The position numbers were made by a program, and so were the translations under genes. A stretch of 64,000 nt of DNA from an uncultured Ignavibacteriales bacterium (GTDB taxonomy: Bacteria; Zixibacteria; MSB-5A5; GN15; JAAZOE01): positions 1-64,000 of the forward strand of contig CAZSYD010000010.1 of assembly GCA_964611355.1 (NCBI GenBank). Reading direction: 5' to 3'. The notes under the pieces were generated by a model, which saw only the letters and a program-made list of their open reading frames with translations, was not told the origin of the DNA and ran no database searches. How positions within the stretch are numbered: position 1 is the stretch's first letter; every line of letters starts with the position of its first letter. Of the stretch, positions 27,459 through 36,473 are shown in pieces.

Positions 27459-28532
27459 GTGAGATTATTCGTTCCGGTTATGGCGTTTGTACTGATGAGC
27501 CTGTTCCCGTGTATGGCCGCGGGAGGCGATCAGCTAATAGAGGTCACGGCTTCAGTTGACAAGCAGACGGCATATATCGGCGACATTATCGATTATATGA
27601 TTACCATTACGTATGATTCAACGTTTCAACTGACGCCGCCGGCGGTTGGAGCCAACTTGGGCGGATTCGACGTTAAGGATTACGACGTTGGCAATGAGAA
27701 AATCCTGGATGACGGCCGCCGCCGACAGATCATACGGTTTAATATACGCACCTTTACCACCGGCGAATATGTTATTCCGCCGCTTCCGATAGAATATATG
27801 CTGCCTGATTCAACCAAAAAAATCATCACAGCCGACCCCATAAAAATCGAAATAAAATCTCTTCTCGGAGAAGGGGCAGCAGCGGATACCCTGCAGTTGC
27901 GCCCGCTTAAAAAACAAGTTTCGCTGGCCGGGAATCGGACGAAACTGATACTTTCAATCGTCGCCGCAGTGCTGGTGATTGTCGCGGTGATTATTTATGT
28001 TATCCTTCGACGCCGGAGAGCGAAACACGGCGAAGAATATGTTGACCCCCGGCCGGCCTGGGAAATCGCTTATGCCGATCTGGCCATGCTGAAAGAGCGC
28101 GGACTTACGGCAAAAGGGGAGATCAAGCTTTTTTATGTCGAGTTGTCGGATATTTTCAGAAGATACCTCGAAAGGAAATTCGACTTCGCCGCCGTTGATA
28201 TGACCACCGAAGAGATAAACGATACGCTGACTCTCCTGACCATGAATGATGATATTCGAAACGACGTCATTTCGTTTCTCGAACACGCCGACCTGATCAA
28301 ATTTGCAAAGTATATCCCGCCGGTTGAACGGCCCAATCAGGATTGGGAGACCGCTTATGGTTTAGTGGAAAAAACCAGGGATATTATCCTGACTCCAATA
28401 ATCGAACCGGAACCTGAACCGATTGTTTCAGCCAGGATTGAATCGGAAACACCGGAAGAACGCGAACTGAAATATATACCCCCTGAATTACGCGACCGGT
28501 TTGCTCCGGAAAAGAAGGAGGATACGTTGTGA
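27459..28532 (+). CDS. BatD-like/DUF4381-type membrane protein
   Basis: VDKQTAYIGD, GEYVIPPL, TM followed by RRRR, FRRYLERKF..MTTEEI..ADLIKFAK. Confidence 0.72.
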   Translation: MRLFVPVMAFVLMSLFPCMAAGGDQLIEVTASVDKQTAYIGDIIDYMITITYDSTFQLTPPAVGANLGGFDVKDYDVGNEKILDDGRRRQIIRFNIRTFTTGEYVIPPLPIEYMLPDSTKKIITADPIKIEIKSLLGEGAAADTLQLRPLKKQVSLAGNRTKLILSIVAAVLVIVAVIIYVILRRRRAKHGEEYVDPRPAWEIAYADLAMLKERGLTAKGEIKLFYVELSDIFRRYLERKFDFAAVDMTTEEINDTLTLLTMNDDIRNDVISFLEHADLIKFAKYIPPVERPNQDWETAYGLVEKTRDIILTPIIEPEPEPIVSARIESETPEERELKYIPPELRDRFAPEKKEDTL

Positions 28533-29560
28533 GTATCCTCAAGTTCGAAGGATGGGATCTTATTTTTCTGCATGTTCCCGGATGGCTGATTTTACTTGTC
28601 GGCGGTCTGGTAGCAGCCGCAATGGTCTGGCATTATATTGCCCGACTGTCGCGCAAATCGGCCTCGGTGCGCTATTCTGATTTATCTCTGGTAAGATCGG
28701 AGAAGAAAACCCTGCGCCAGCGTCTGCGCCCGCTGGTTTATCTGCTTCGAGTACTGGCTGTCGCGTTTCTCTTTATTGCCCTGGCCCGTCCGCAGGCGGG
28801 CAATGAAAAACGCGATATCGAGGCTGAGGGGATTGATATAATCATGGCGCTCGACGTGTCCGGTTCGATGAAAGCTGAAGATTTCAAACCACACAATCGT
28901 TTGCATGTAGCCAAGGAAGAGATCAATAAATTTATTGATCGCCGGGTCAGCGATCGAATAGGGCTGGTTGTGTTTGCCAAATCTTCCTTTACCCAGTGCC
29001 CGCTTACTCTTGATTATGGAATTTTGAAAAACTTCCTTGACCGGGTCGATTTCGACATGATCGAGGACGGCACCGCCATCGGGCTGGCTCTGGCCAATGC
29101 CGTCAACCGCCTGAAAGATTCGGAAGCGAAATCAAAGGTTGTGGTGCTTCTCACCGACGGCGTCAACAACGTCTGGGAGATCGATCCTCTTACGGCGGCC
29201 AACGTGGCCAAAACGATGGACGTTAAGGTTTATACCATCGGCGTCGGCAAGCCGGGGAATGCCATGTACCCCGTCCAAGACCCTGTTTTCGGCAAGCGGT
29301 ATGTCTATCTCCCGAATGAAATCGACGAGGAATCGCTGCGAAAAATCGCTGAAACTACCGGGGGCATTTATTTTCGGGCCCGTTCCGAGGCCGAGCTTGA
29401 CCGAATATACGGCGAGATCGATCAACTGGAGAAAACCAAAGTTAAGGTTCATGAGTATATACAATACGAGGAACTGTTTTTTGGCTGGCTTTTGTCGGGG
29501 TTTGGACTGCTTCTGGCCGAGGTTGTTCTTGGTCAGACATATTTCAAAAAGATTCCTTAG
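28529..29560 (+). CDS. batA: BatA VWA-domain protein
   Basis: ALARPQ, MIDAS DVSGSM, DRIGLVVF, QCPLTLDY, GTAIG, LLTDG, TGGIYFRA. Confidence 0.92.
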   Translation: MSILKFEGWDLIFLHVPGWLILLVGGLVAAAMVWHYIARLSRKSASVRYSDLSLVRSEKKTLRQRLRPLVYLLRVLAVAFLFIALARPQAGNEKRDIEAEGIDIIMALDVSGSMKAEDFKPHNRLHVAKEEINKFIDRRVSDRIGLVVFAKSSFTQCPLTLDYGILKNFLDRVDFDMIEDGTAIGLALANAVNRLKDSEAKSKVVVLLTDGVNNVWEIDPLTAANVAKTMDVKVYTIGVGKPGNAMYPVQDPVFGKRYVYLPNEIDEESLRKIAETTGGIYFRARSEAELDRIYGEIDQLEKTKVKVHEYIQYEELFFGWLLSGFGLLLAEVVLGQTYFKKIP

Positions 29561-29572
29561 GGATATTGCCTG

Positions 29573-30610
29573 ATGCGTTTTTATGAACCGATATATCTGC
29601 TTGGCATATTATTGATTCCCGTAATCGCCTTGTTTTTCTGGTGGGCGATAGACAGGAAGAAAAAGCTCCTGGCCCGTTTTGGCGATATGCCTCTGATTAT
29701 GCGGGCCGCTTCGGGCATATCATTTAAACGGCAGGCAAGCAAAGTGACGATGCTTTGTGCGGCGGTTCTTTTTCTGTCGCTGGCGGCGGCCAAACCGCAA
29801 ATCGGAACGCACATGGAGTTGATGAAGCGCGAAGGTATCGATATTATCATAGCTATCGACGTTTCCAGGTCGATGGAAGCGATGGATGTTACGCCCGGCC
29901 CGATATCGCGTCTGGCCAAGGCCAAGCAGGAGATTCGTTCGCTTATCAATCCGGAAAGGCTCCAGGGTGACCGGGTCGGCCTGGTGGCTTTTGCAGGTGA
30001 AGCCTTTATACAATGCCCGCTGACGCTTGATTATTCGGCGGCCCGAATTTTCCTTGACGTTATAAATACCGATCTTATCCCGTCTCCCGGTACCGATCTT
30101 GGCGCGGCCATTCGAAAAGCCGCCGAAGGGTTTATCCGCCGGGAACGAAAACATAAGGTATTGATACTTATCACCGACGGCGAAGGGCACGGCAGCGATC
30201 CAATCAAAGCCGCTGAAGAGGCCCGCAAGGAAGGCGTTAAAATATATACCATCGGCATCGGCAATCCGGAAGGCGAACCGATACCGATATACAACAGGCG
30301 GGGCGAGCGGGTCGGGTTCAAAAAAGACAAAGAGGGGGAGGTAGTGATTTCCAAGACCGACGTGACCTCTCTGCAAAAAATTGCTTTGGCCACCGGCGGG
30401 AAGTTTTACAGGGCGAGTCCGTCGGAGATGGAACTGGATAAAATCTACGAAGAAATCGCCGGAATGGAAAAAAAAGAGCTTGAAGGAAAGCTACTGCTTC
30501 AGTATGACGACAGGTTTCAATGGCCGCTGGCTATAGCGATGCTGTTTATTATCTGGGAGCTGTTTCTGCCGGAACGGGTAAAAAAGATAAGAAGGAGCGC
30601 AGAGGCGTGA
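29573..30610 (+). CDS. batB: BatB VWA-domain protein
   Basis: DVSRSM, DRVGLVAFAG, PLTLDY, ITDGE, TIGIG, RFQWPL. Confidence 0.9.
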   Translation: MRFYEPIYLLGILLIPVIALFFWWAIDRKKKLLARFGDMPLIMRAASGISFKRQASKVTMLCAAVLFLSLAAAKPQIGTHMELMKREGIDIIIAIDVSRSMEAMDVTPGPISRLAKAKQEIRSLINPERLQGDRVGLVAFAGEAFIQCPLTLDYSAARIFLDVINTDLIPSPGTDLGAAIRKAAEGFIRRERKHKVLILITDGEGHGSDPIKAAEEARKEGVKIYTIGIGNPEGEPIPIYNRRGERVGFKKDKEGEVVISKTDVTSLQKIALATGGKFYRASPSEMELDKIYEEIAGMEKKELEGKLLLQYDDRFQWPLAIAMLFIIWELFLPERVKKIRRSAEA

Positions 30611-31332
30611 TACGGCTGACTTTGTTTGCGGTAATCAGCGTAATTCTGGTTGTACCTGTTCTGGCCGATGACCATGTTTCCTTAAACGAAAAGGGAAACA
30701 AAGAGTTTGCCGAGGGAAACTACAAGGAGTCCCTTGAATATTATCGCCGGGCGGAAGTTGAGCGACCGGAAACGCCGGAAATATATTATAACCATGCCAA
30801 TGCATTGGTTGAGACCGGCAGCTTTGAGGAAGCCGCCGAAAAATACGGCAAGGCTATGGCCACAGATGACATTTCGCTTCAGGCCGGCATTTACTATAAT
30901 TCCGGCAACGGCTATTTTTTACAGGAAGATTACGTGAAAGCAATCGAAGCCTACCAGCAGACACTTGAGCTTAACCCTGATGATCTGGATGCCAAGTATA
31001 ATCTGGAACTCGCGCGCAACCGATTGAAAGAACAAATGGAACGGCAACCACAGGAGCAAAACCAGCAGGGTCAGCAGCAGCAGCAGGAGAATCAGCAAAA
31101 CGACAAGCAGGATCAACAGCAACAACAGCAGCAGAAAGAGAACCAACAGCAGCAGGCTCAGGAACAACAACAAAAACAACAGCAACAGCAACAGCAACAG
31201 CCTAACCCTGATGAGATGTCAAAAGAGGATGCTCTGAGAATACTGCGAGCTTTGGAAGAAGCCGACGAGGAAAATCAGAAAAACAGGCAAAAGGTCAAGA
31301 TCAAAGGTACATACCGGGGTAAAGATTGGTAA
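30607..31332 (+). CDS. batC: BatC TPR protein with Gln-rich linker
   Basis: GTG start overlapping the batB stop; signal peptide, TPRs, AKYNLELA, poly-Q, MSKEDALRIL...KDW. Confidence 0.88.
   Translation: MIRLTLFAVISVILVVPVLADDHVSLNEKGNKEFAEGNYKESLEYYRRAEVERPETPEIYYNHANALVETGSFEEAAEKYGKAMATDDISLQAGIYYNSGNGYFLQEDYVKAIEAYQQTLELNPDDLDAKYNLELARNRLKEQMERQPQEQNQQGQQQQQENQQNDKQDQQQQQQQKENQQQQAQEQQQKQQQQQQQQPNPDEMSKEDALRILRALEEADEENQKNRQKVKIKGTYRGKDW
31043..31200 (+). repeat. CAG/CAA low-complexity poly-glutamine tract in batC
   Basis: Runs of CAG/CAA codons. Confidence 0.85.
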
Positions 31333-33155
31333 AGGCGGTGCGTAAATATCGGATCATAACCTTGTTGGCGGTTAGCCTGGCGATGTTTTTAACTTTACCG
31401 GTTGCCGCTCAGGATGACGTTTCTATCAATTTGTCGCTTGATCGAAATACCGTCGGGCTGGATGAAACGACCATCCTGTCGGTAACCATGTCCGGCGCCG
31501 GAAGACAACAATTGCCCGATCCCAAACTGCCGCCGCTTCCCCAGTTTGAAATATATTCCGCGGGTAGTTCGACAAATCTGCAAATAATCAACGGGGCTAT
31601 GACCTATGGGCAGACATATAATTATATTTTATCACCGAAAAAAGAAGGGACTTTTCCTATTCGTTCCGCATGGGTGGTGGTGGATGGCAAACGATATGAA
31701 TCGAATGAATTATCAATAAAAGTTCTCGCCTCGGGCGCTGAAGCGGCCGGCTCGGCAGACAAAGAAGCCGTCGACGGCGAAGGAGAAGCGAAAGACCTGT
31801 TCCTGACGGCTGAAGTCGATAAGAAAAATCCTTATGTTGACGAGCAAGTGACCCTCATTATTAAATTTTCCCGACGCCGAGGGATTAAGCTGCTCTCAAC
31901 ACCCGATTACGTTCCGCCTCAAACGCCCGGGTTCTGGACCAATGAGATTGGCCCTCAGAAGCAATATTACCAGACCATTAATGGCACCGATTATTTGGTC
32001 GCTGAAATTAAGACCGCTCTGTTTCCAACCAAGCCGGGCAAGCCAACTATTGACCGGGCGCAGGTAACGGCCACGGTTCCGGATCGTCGCCGTCGCCGAA
32101 GCCGCGATCCGTTTTCGCTTTTTGATGATATTTTCCAGCAGGGACGCAACGTAATCGTCAAATCGAAACCGATAACGGTCAACGTTAGGCCGCTGCCTGT
32201 CGAAGGCAAAACCGAACAGTTCTCCGGAGGTGTCGGCAGTTACAAGATTTCGGCTGCGGTGGATAAACGCGAGGTGGAGGTGAACGAGGCTATTACTTTG
32301 ACGGTAAAGATTTCCGGTCGAGGCAATATCAAGTCTATTCCCGAACCGTCCCTGCCGGAACTGGCAGATTTTCGCGTGGAGGAATCTTCGTCTGATTTCA
32401 AAATAACCGATCTTGACGGTGAACTGGGTGGCAGCAAGACGTTTGAATATATTCTCATCCCGCGACTGCCCGGCCTCCACACCGTCGATCCGATTACCCT
32501 GAACTACTTCGATCCGGGCAGGAAGAAATATCTCACGGCCAAAACTAATTCGATTACTCTTTCGGTAAAACAGGGCGAACTGGCGGCCGGGCCGGAGATA
32601 CCTTACAATATGGTTTCCGGTCAGACGATAAACCTGCGCGAAACCGATATCAGGTTTATCAGAACCGGAGACGGAAATCTTGTTCGGCGGGGCCGACTGA
32701 TTCTCACCTCGCCGATTTTTCTTGCCATGACCGCTCTGCCGCTGGTGGCGCTTTTGGGCGGAATGGTTGACGTCCATAGAAGACGCCGCCTGACCGGCGA
32801 TATCGCTTATGCCCGGTTGCGGCGGGCCAATGCGATAGCCAAAAAACGCCTGAAAAAAGCCGAAAAGCTGATGCCGAGCGACGATAAAACGGCCTTCTAT
32901 GCCGAAATATCCGGGGTGATCCTGCAGTATATCGCCGACAAATTCAATTGTTCGGCGCACGGACTTACGTCCGACGGAGTAGAAGAACTATTACGTCAAA
33001 AGAGCATTGACGATGACCTGCGGCGGGAAACCCTGGCGCTGTTGCAGCAGGCTGATTTCGGCCGCTTTGCCGGAGCAACCGAACCCGTCGAGGACCGGCG
33101 CGACCTGTTTGAACGAGTCAGGAAAGTTTTCGTCGGGCTGGAGGAGGCGATATGA
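31326..33155 (+). CDS. batD: BatD protein
   Basis: Three Ig-like modules (LDRNTV, VDKKNPYVDEQ, VDKREVEVNEA), ISGRGNI, YFDP, TM and helical tail. Confidence 0.9.
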   Translation: MVKAVRKYRIITLLAVSLAMFLTLPVAAQDDVSINLSLDRNTVGLDETTILSVTMSGAGRQQLPDPKLPPLPQFEIYSAGSSTNLQIINGAMTYGQTYNYILSPKKEGTFPIRSAWVVVDGKRYESNELSIKVLASGAEAAGSADKEAVDGEGEAKDLFLTAEVDKKNPYVDEQVTLIIKFSRRRGIKLLSTPDYVPPQTPGFWTNEIGPQKQYYQTINGTDYLVAEIKTALFPTKPGKPTIDRAQVTATVPDRRRRRSRDPFSLFDDIFQQGRNVIVKSKPITVNVRPLPVEGKTEQFSGGVGSYKISAAVDKREVEVNEAITLTVKISGRGNIKSIPEPSLPELADFRVEESSSDFKITDLDGELGGSKTFEYILIPRLPGLHTVDPITLNYFDPGRKKYLTAKTNSITLSVKQGELAAGPEIPYNMVSGQTINLRETDIRFIRTGDGNLVRRGRLILTSPIFLAMTALPLVALLGGMVDVHRRRRLTGDIAYARLRRANAIAKKRLKKAEKLMPSDDKTAFYAEISGVILQYIADKFNCSAHGLTSDGVEELLRQKSIDDDLRRETLALLQQADFGRFAGATEPVEDRRDLFERVRKVFVGLEEAI

Positions 33156-33910
33156 TTGCCCGCCGGTTAATGCCGATTGTATTTTGTCTACTTTGTCTTT
33201 TTCCCGCGCTATCGCGGGCAGACAGCCTTGATCGTAATTTCGAGTTGGGCAATAAATTCTATATCGAGGGCGACTATACCAAAGCGATTGCCGAATATGA
33301 AAAGATTCTCGGGGCCGGATATCATTCGGCGGAGCTTTACTATAATTTGGGAAATGCCTGTTTCCGCGAGGGAAAACTTGGATTGGCGGTTGCCAATTAC
33401 ATTCGGGCCAAAAGGCTGGCTCCGCGCGACGAAGACATCCGCGTCAACCTCGAGTTTGCTCGCCGGTTTGCAATCGATAAAATCGAAGTTACCGAGGAAA
33501 CCATTCTGCTTGATTATATCAATCGTTTTTTTGATTCTTTCAGTCTTGATGAAATAACAACGCTTGCTATTATGCTTTATATTCTGACTGCGGCGGTAAT
33601 CCTGGTGCGCTTTATCTATCGGTGGATGTATGTTTACACGCCGGTGGCGGTGATTCTTCTGGCGCTTTTCTTCTTTTCAGCGATCTTTACTGGCGTGAAA
33701 CTGGAGCGGGACGCGCTGACTCGATCCGGTGTGGTGCTTGACCAACAGGCTGAAGTCAAAAACGGGCCGGGGGATGATTTCTCAAATCAGTTCACGGCTC
33801 ACGCCGGCCTGATGTTCAGGATTGAGCGAGAAGAATCCGGTTATTTCCTGGTCAATTTTGAAAATCGCCTGAAGGGTTGGATACCTAAAAAGGCAATTGC
33901 CGAAATCTAA
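33152..33910 (+). CDS. batE: BatE TPR/SH3-like protein
   Basis: LYYNLGNA, APRDEDIRVNL, two TM helices, KNGPG...KGWIP. Confidence 0.88.
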   Translation: MIARRLMPIVFCLLCLFPALSRADSLDRNFELGNKFYIEGDYTKAIAEYEKILGAGYHSAELYYNLGNACFREGKLGLAVANYIRAKRLAPRDEDIRVNLEFARRFAIDKIEVTEETILLDYINRFFDSFSLDEITTLAIMLYILTAAVILVRFIYRWMYVYTPVAVILLALFFFSAIFTGVKLERDALTRSGVVLDQQAEVKNGPGDDFSNQFTAHAGLMFRIEREESGYFLVNFENRLKGWIPKKAIAEI

Positions 33911-33945
33911 GGGGTTCGCCTGAGCCCGCGAATCGCCAATTTTAT

Positions 33946-33974
33946 TTGACAGAACGTATCTTTTTGTATAGCTT
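33946..33974 (+). promoter_or_regulatory. Sigma70-type promoter
   Basis: TTGACA-N17-TAGCTT. Confidence 0.5.
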
Positions 33975-34022
33975 TGGGTTTGATCAAAGACCCGGCTTTG
34001 GCCGGTTGTTTTTTGGGTTGCC

Positions 34023-35069
34023 ATGCCGTTCATCTTGAAGAAGAAACAGTTCTGGGGCGTATTGATCGCCTGCGGTATTCTGATCTTTCTGTTTTACGAT
34101 CTCGATCTTCCCCGAACCGTCGAAGTCGCCCGGCGTCTCAGCTTATGGCACTTTATTCCCGCCCTTATATGTGCCGCCCTGATTATAGTTTTTAAGGCCC
34201 TGCGGTGGATTACAATTGTCAGCAAGGTGCGAAAAATCCTTTTCTGGCCCACCCTGTCTCTCTATGCCACCGCCCAGATAATTGCCGTTATCCTGCCGGC
34301 TCTTACCGGTCAGGCGGGACGCATAATCCTTTTTTCGAAAAAGGGCGAGTTTACCAAGACCTATGCTTTTTCCACGATTTTTCTGGAAGTTGTACTTGAC
34401 GGCGCCGGTCTGATCGGATTGATGCTTATTGGTTCGAGTTTCTTTGTCTTTCCCCGTGAATACCGCTTCATCAGCTACATTATCGGCGCCGCCATGCTGA
34501 TCCTGCTGATCCTGTTCTATGCCAGCCTGCATTTTCAGGAAGAGATTGAACGGTTCGGCTATGATAAAATTCGGCGCCGTTCGCCCAAGTTTTTTCTGAT
34601 CCTTCGCAAATTCATCAGGTCGTTCAACGAAGGCATATCGGTGATGAAATCAACCGATAAACTGTTTATTATCTCGATCTTCACTTTTTTGGCCTGGGCC
34701 TCTCATGTTGGGGAGGTATTCTTCCTCTTTCATATGTTTAATATTAATCTGCCGATCACGGCCGCCGTGGTGGTTATTATAATCAATTACCTGGCCCTGA
34801 TGGTGCCGATCACGCCAGGTAACCTTGGTTCTTTTCAACTGGCGGTGGTAGCCGCTTTGAATATCTTTTCCGTGCCCAAGACCGAAGCTGTCCTTTTTTC
34901 CATCATTCTTTACTTGATTGATATGCTGCCCATGATGATATTGTCGGGGTTTTTTATATTCAAGGAACATTTTCCCATCTCTGAGATCAGCCGTGATGAA
35001 GAGCTGATCGCCGAAGTGGAAAAGATGGTGACCGAACCGAGTGTGCCGGTCGAGGAAGAGCAGTCATGA
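34023..35069 (+). CDS. Lysylphosphatidylglycerol-synthase TM / flippase-like (UPF0104) membrane protein
   Basis: KALRW, ILPALTGQAGR, LEVVLD, VPITPGNLGSFQ; multiple TM helices. Confidence 0.8.
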   Translation: MPFILKKKQFWGVLIACGILIFLFYDLDLPRTVEVARRLSLWHFIPALICAALIIVFKALRWITIVSKVRKILFWPTLSLYATAQIIAVILPALTGQAGRIILFSKKGEFTKTYAFSTIFLEVVLDGAGLIGLMLIGSSFFVFPREYRFISYIIGAAMLILLILFYASLHFQEEIERFGYDKIRRRSPKFFLILRKFIRSFNEGISVMKSTDKLFIISIFTFLAWASHVGEVFFLFHMFNINLPITAAVVVIIINYLALMVPITPGNLGSFQLAVVAALNIFSVPKTEAVLFSIILYLIDMLPMMILSGFFIFKEHFPISEISRDEELIAEVEKMVTEPSVPVEEEQS

Positions 35070-36034
35070 TCAGGACATTTATCTATACTCCCGAAGAAGG
35101 CACCGAGATTCACGAGGGGATTATCGATTTCGACCACTACCTGGCTAAGCCTGATTTGATTATGTGGGTTGATCTGTGCGCGCCTTCGGACAAGGAATCG
35201 TTTGTTCTGACGCATGATTTCAAATTCCACCCGCTGGCAATCGAGGACGTTATCTCCGAAGTTCCCAGGCCGAAGCTGGACGACTATGGTAATTATCTCT
35301 TTATGGTTTTCCAGCTGGCCGATTATATGGGCCGGGAAAAGGGGATGAAAATAAGCGAGGTTGACCTTTTTCTGACCGACAAGGCGGTCGTCTCCGTCCA
35401 TTTCGACGATCACACTGTGTTTGATACTCTCTACATGAAAGCCAAAAAGGATGACCGCCTGTTTTCGCGGGGCGCCGATTTTCTATTCCATGCCATTCTG
35501 GATGCCATCGTGGACAATTATAATACCGCGCTGGATCTGCTTGAATTCGAAGTTGACGCCGTGGAAGACGATGTCTTTGAAGAACCGGACGAGCAAACGG
35601 TCAAATCGATATTTACCCTGAGACGCGATATACACCAGTTGAAACGGATATCGATACCGCAGCTGGAAGTCCTTTCCCAGCTTACTCGCGACAAGCACGA
35701 CTTGATCTCGGAAAAGACGTCCGTATATATGAGCGATATTTTCGATCATATGGCGCGCGTCAACGAAACCACCGACAGCTATCGCGATACCCTGATTTCA
35801 GCCCTCGAGGTCTATTTTTCCAGCGTTTCCACCCGCACCAACGAAATAATCAAGATTCTGACTATTTTTACCGCTATTCTTATGCCGCCGACCTTTCTGG
35901 TCGGATTATACGGTATGAATTTCAGGTATTTCCCCGAAATTAACTGGAAATACGGTTATGTCTTTTTCTGGGCTTTGGTGCTGCTCATTACCATCGCGCT
36001 TTTATTTTTCTTCAAGAAAAAGAAATGGATATAA
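35066..36034 (+). CDS. corA: Magnesium/cobalt transporter CorA
   Basis: FHPLAIED, RPKLDDY, GLYGMNF signature, two C-terminal TM helices. Confidence 0.95.
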   Translation: MIRTFIYTPEEGTEIHEGIIDFDHYLAKPDLIMWVDLCAPSDKESFVLTHDFKFHPLAIEDVISEVPRPKLDDYGNYLFMVFQLADYMGREKGMKISEVDLFLTDKAVVSVHFDDHTVFDTLYMKAKKDDRLFSRGADFLFHAILDAIVDNYNTALDLLEFEVDAVEDDVFEEPDEQTVKSIFTLRRDIHQLKRISIPQLEVLSQLTRDKHDLISEKTSVYMSDIFDHMARVNETTDSYRDTLISALEVYFSSVSTRTNEIIKILTIFTAILMPPTFLVGLYGMNFRYFPEINWKYGYVFFWALVLLITIALLFFFKKKKWI

Positions 36035-36181
36035 GCCGGCGGGCCATTTTTTATTAATTATCATGTGAAGATTGTTAAAAGAACAGATTGATTGCCAAAC
36101 TGCATTGATCTGACGGCAATCTCAAAACGGTGCCTATTTTCCATTCTTGATTTCCGGCCTGGAATTTATTATAGAATAATC

Positions 36182-36274
36182 GGAAGCGGATAGGGTCTGG
36201 TGGCCCTTGCGGTCTTCAAAACCGTGGGCCGGCGGTTAGGCCGTCGGCGGTGGGTTCGATTCCCACCCCTTCCG
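36182..36274 (+). tRNA. selC: tRNA-Sec (anticodon UCA), CCA not encoded
   Basis: 6-bp D stem AGGGTC/GGCCCT with TGGT loop; anticodon loop CTTCAAA; long variable arm; GTGGG-TTCGATT-CCCAC T arm; G discriminator; selA and selB in the window. Confidence 0.95.
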
Positions 36275-36397
36275 TTTTTTAATTTGACGCCATACAGCAT
36301 TATATAATCGCCTGAAACGATGCATAATAGGCAAACTTATCATAAGGAATCCGATTATTTCAACGCGGCGGATACCTGCCGGTTATTCCCAAATCAA

Positions 36398-36426
36398 TTG
36401 ACTTACTCCGCAGGTAAAGGTATTTT
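36398..36426 (+). promoter_or_regulatory. Sigma70-type promoter of the PAS-LuxR gene
   Basis: TTGACT-N17-TATTTT. Confidence 0.5.
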
Positions 36427-36473
36427 TCATTTGTGAATTAGTCAGTGTTCACGGTATATGGAGATATTCCGCC

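Noticed and set aside
31043..31200. Poly-Q tract as a novel repeat element
   Set aside because: Gln-rich linkers are usual in BatC
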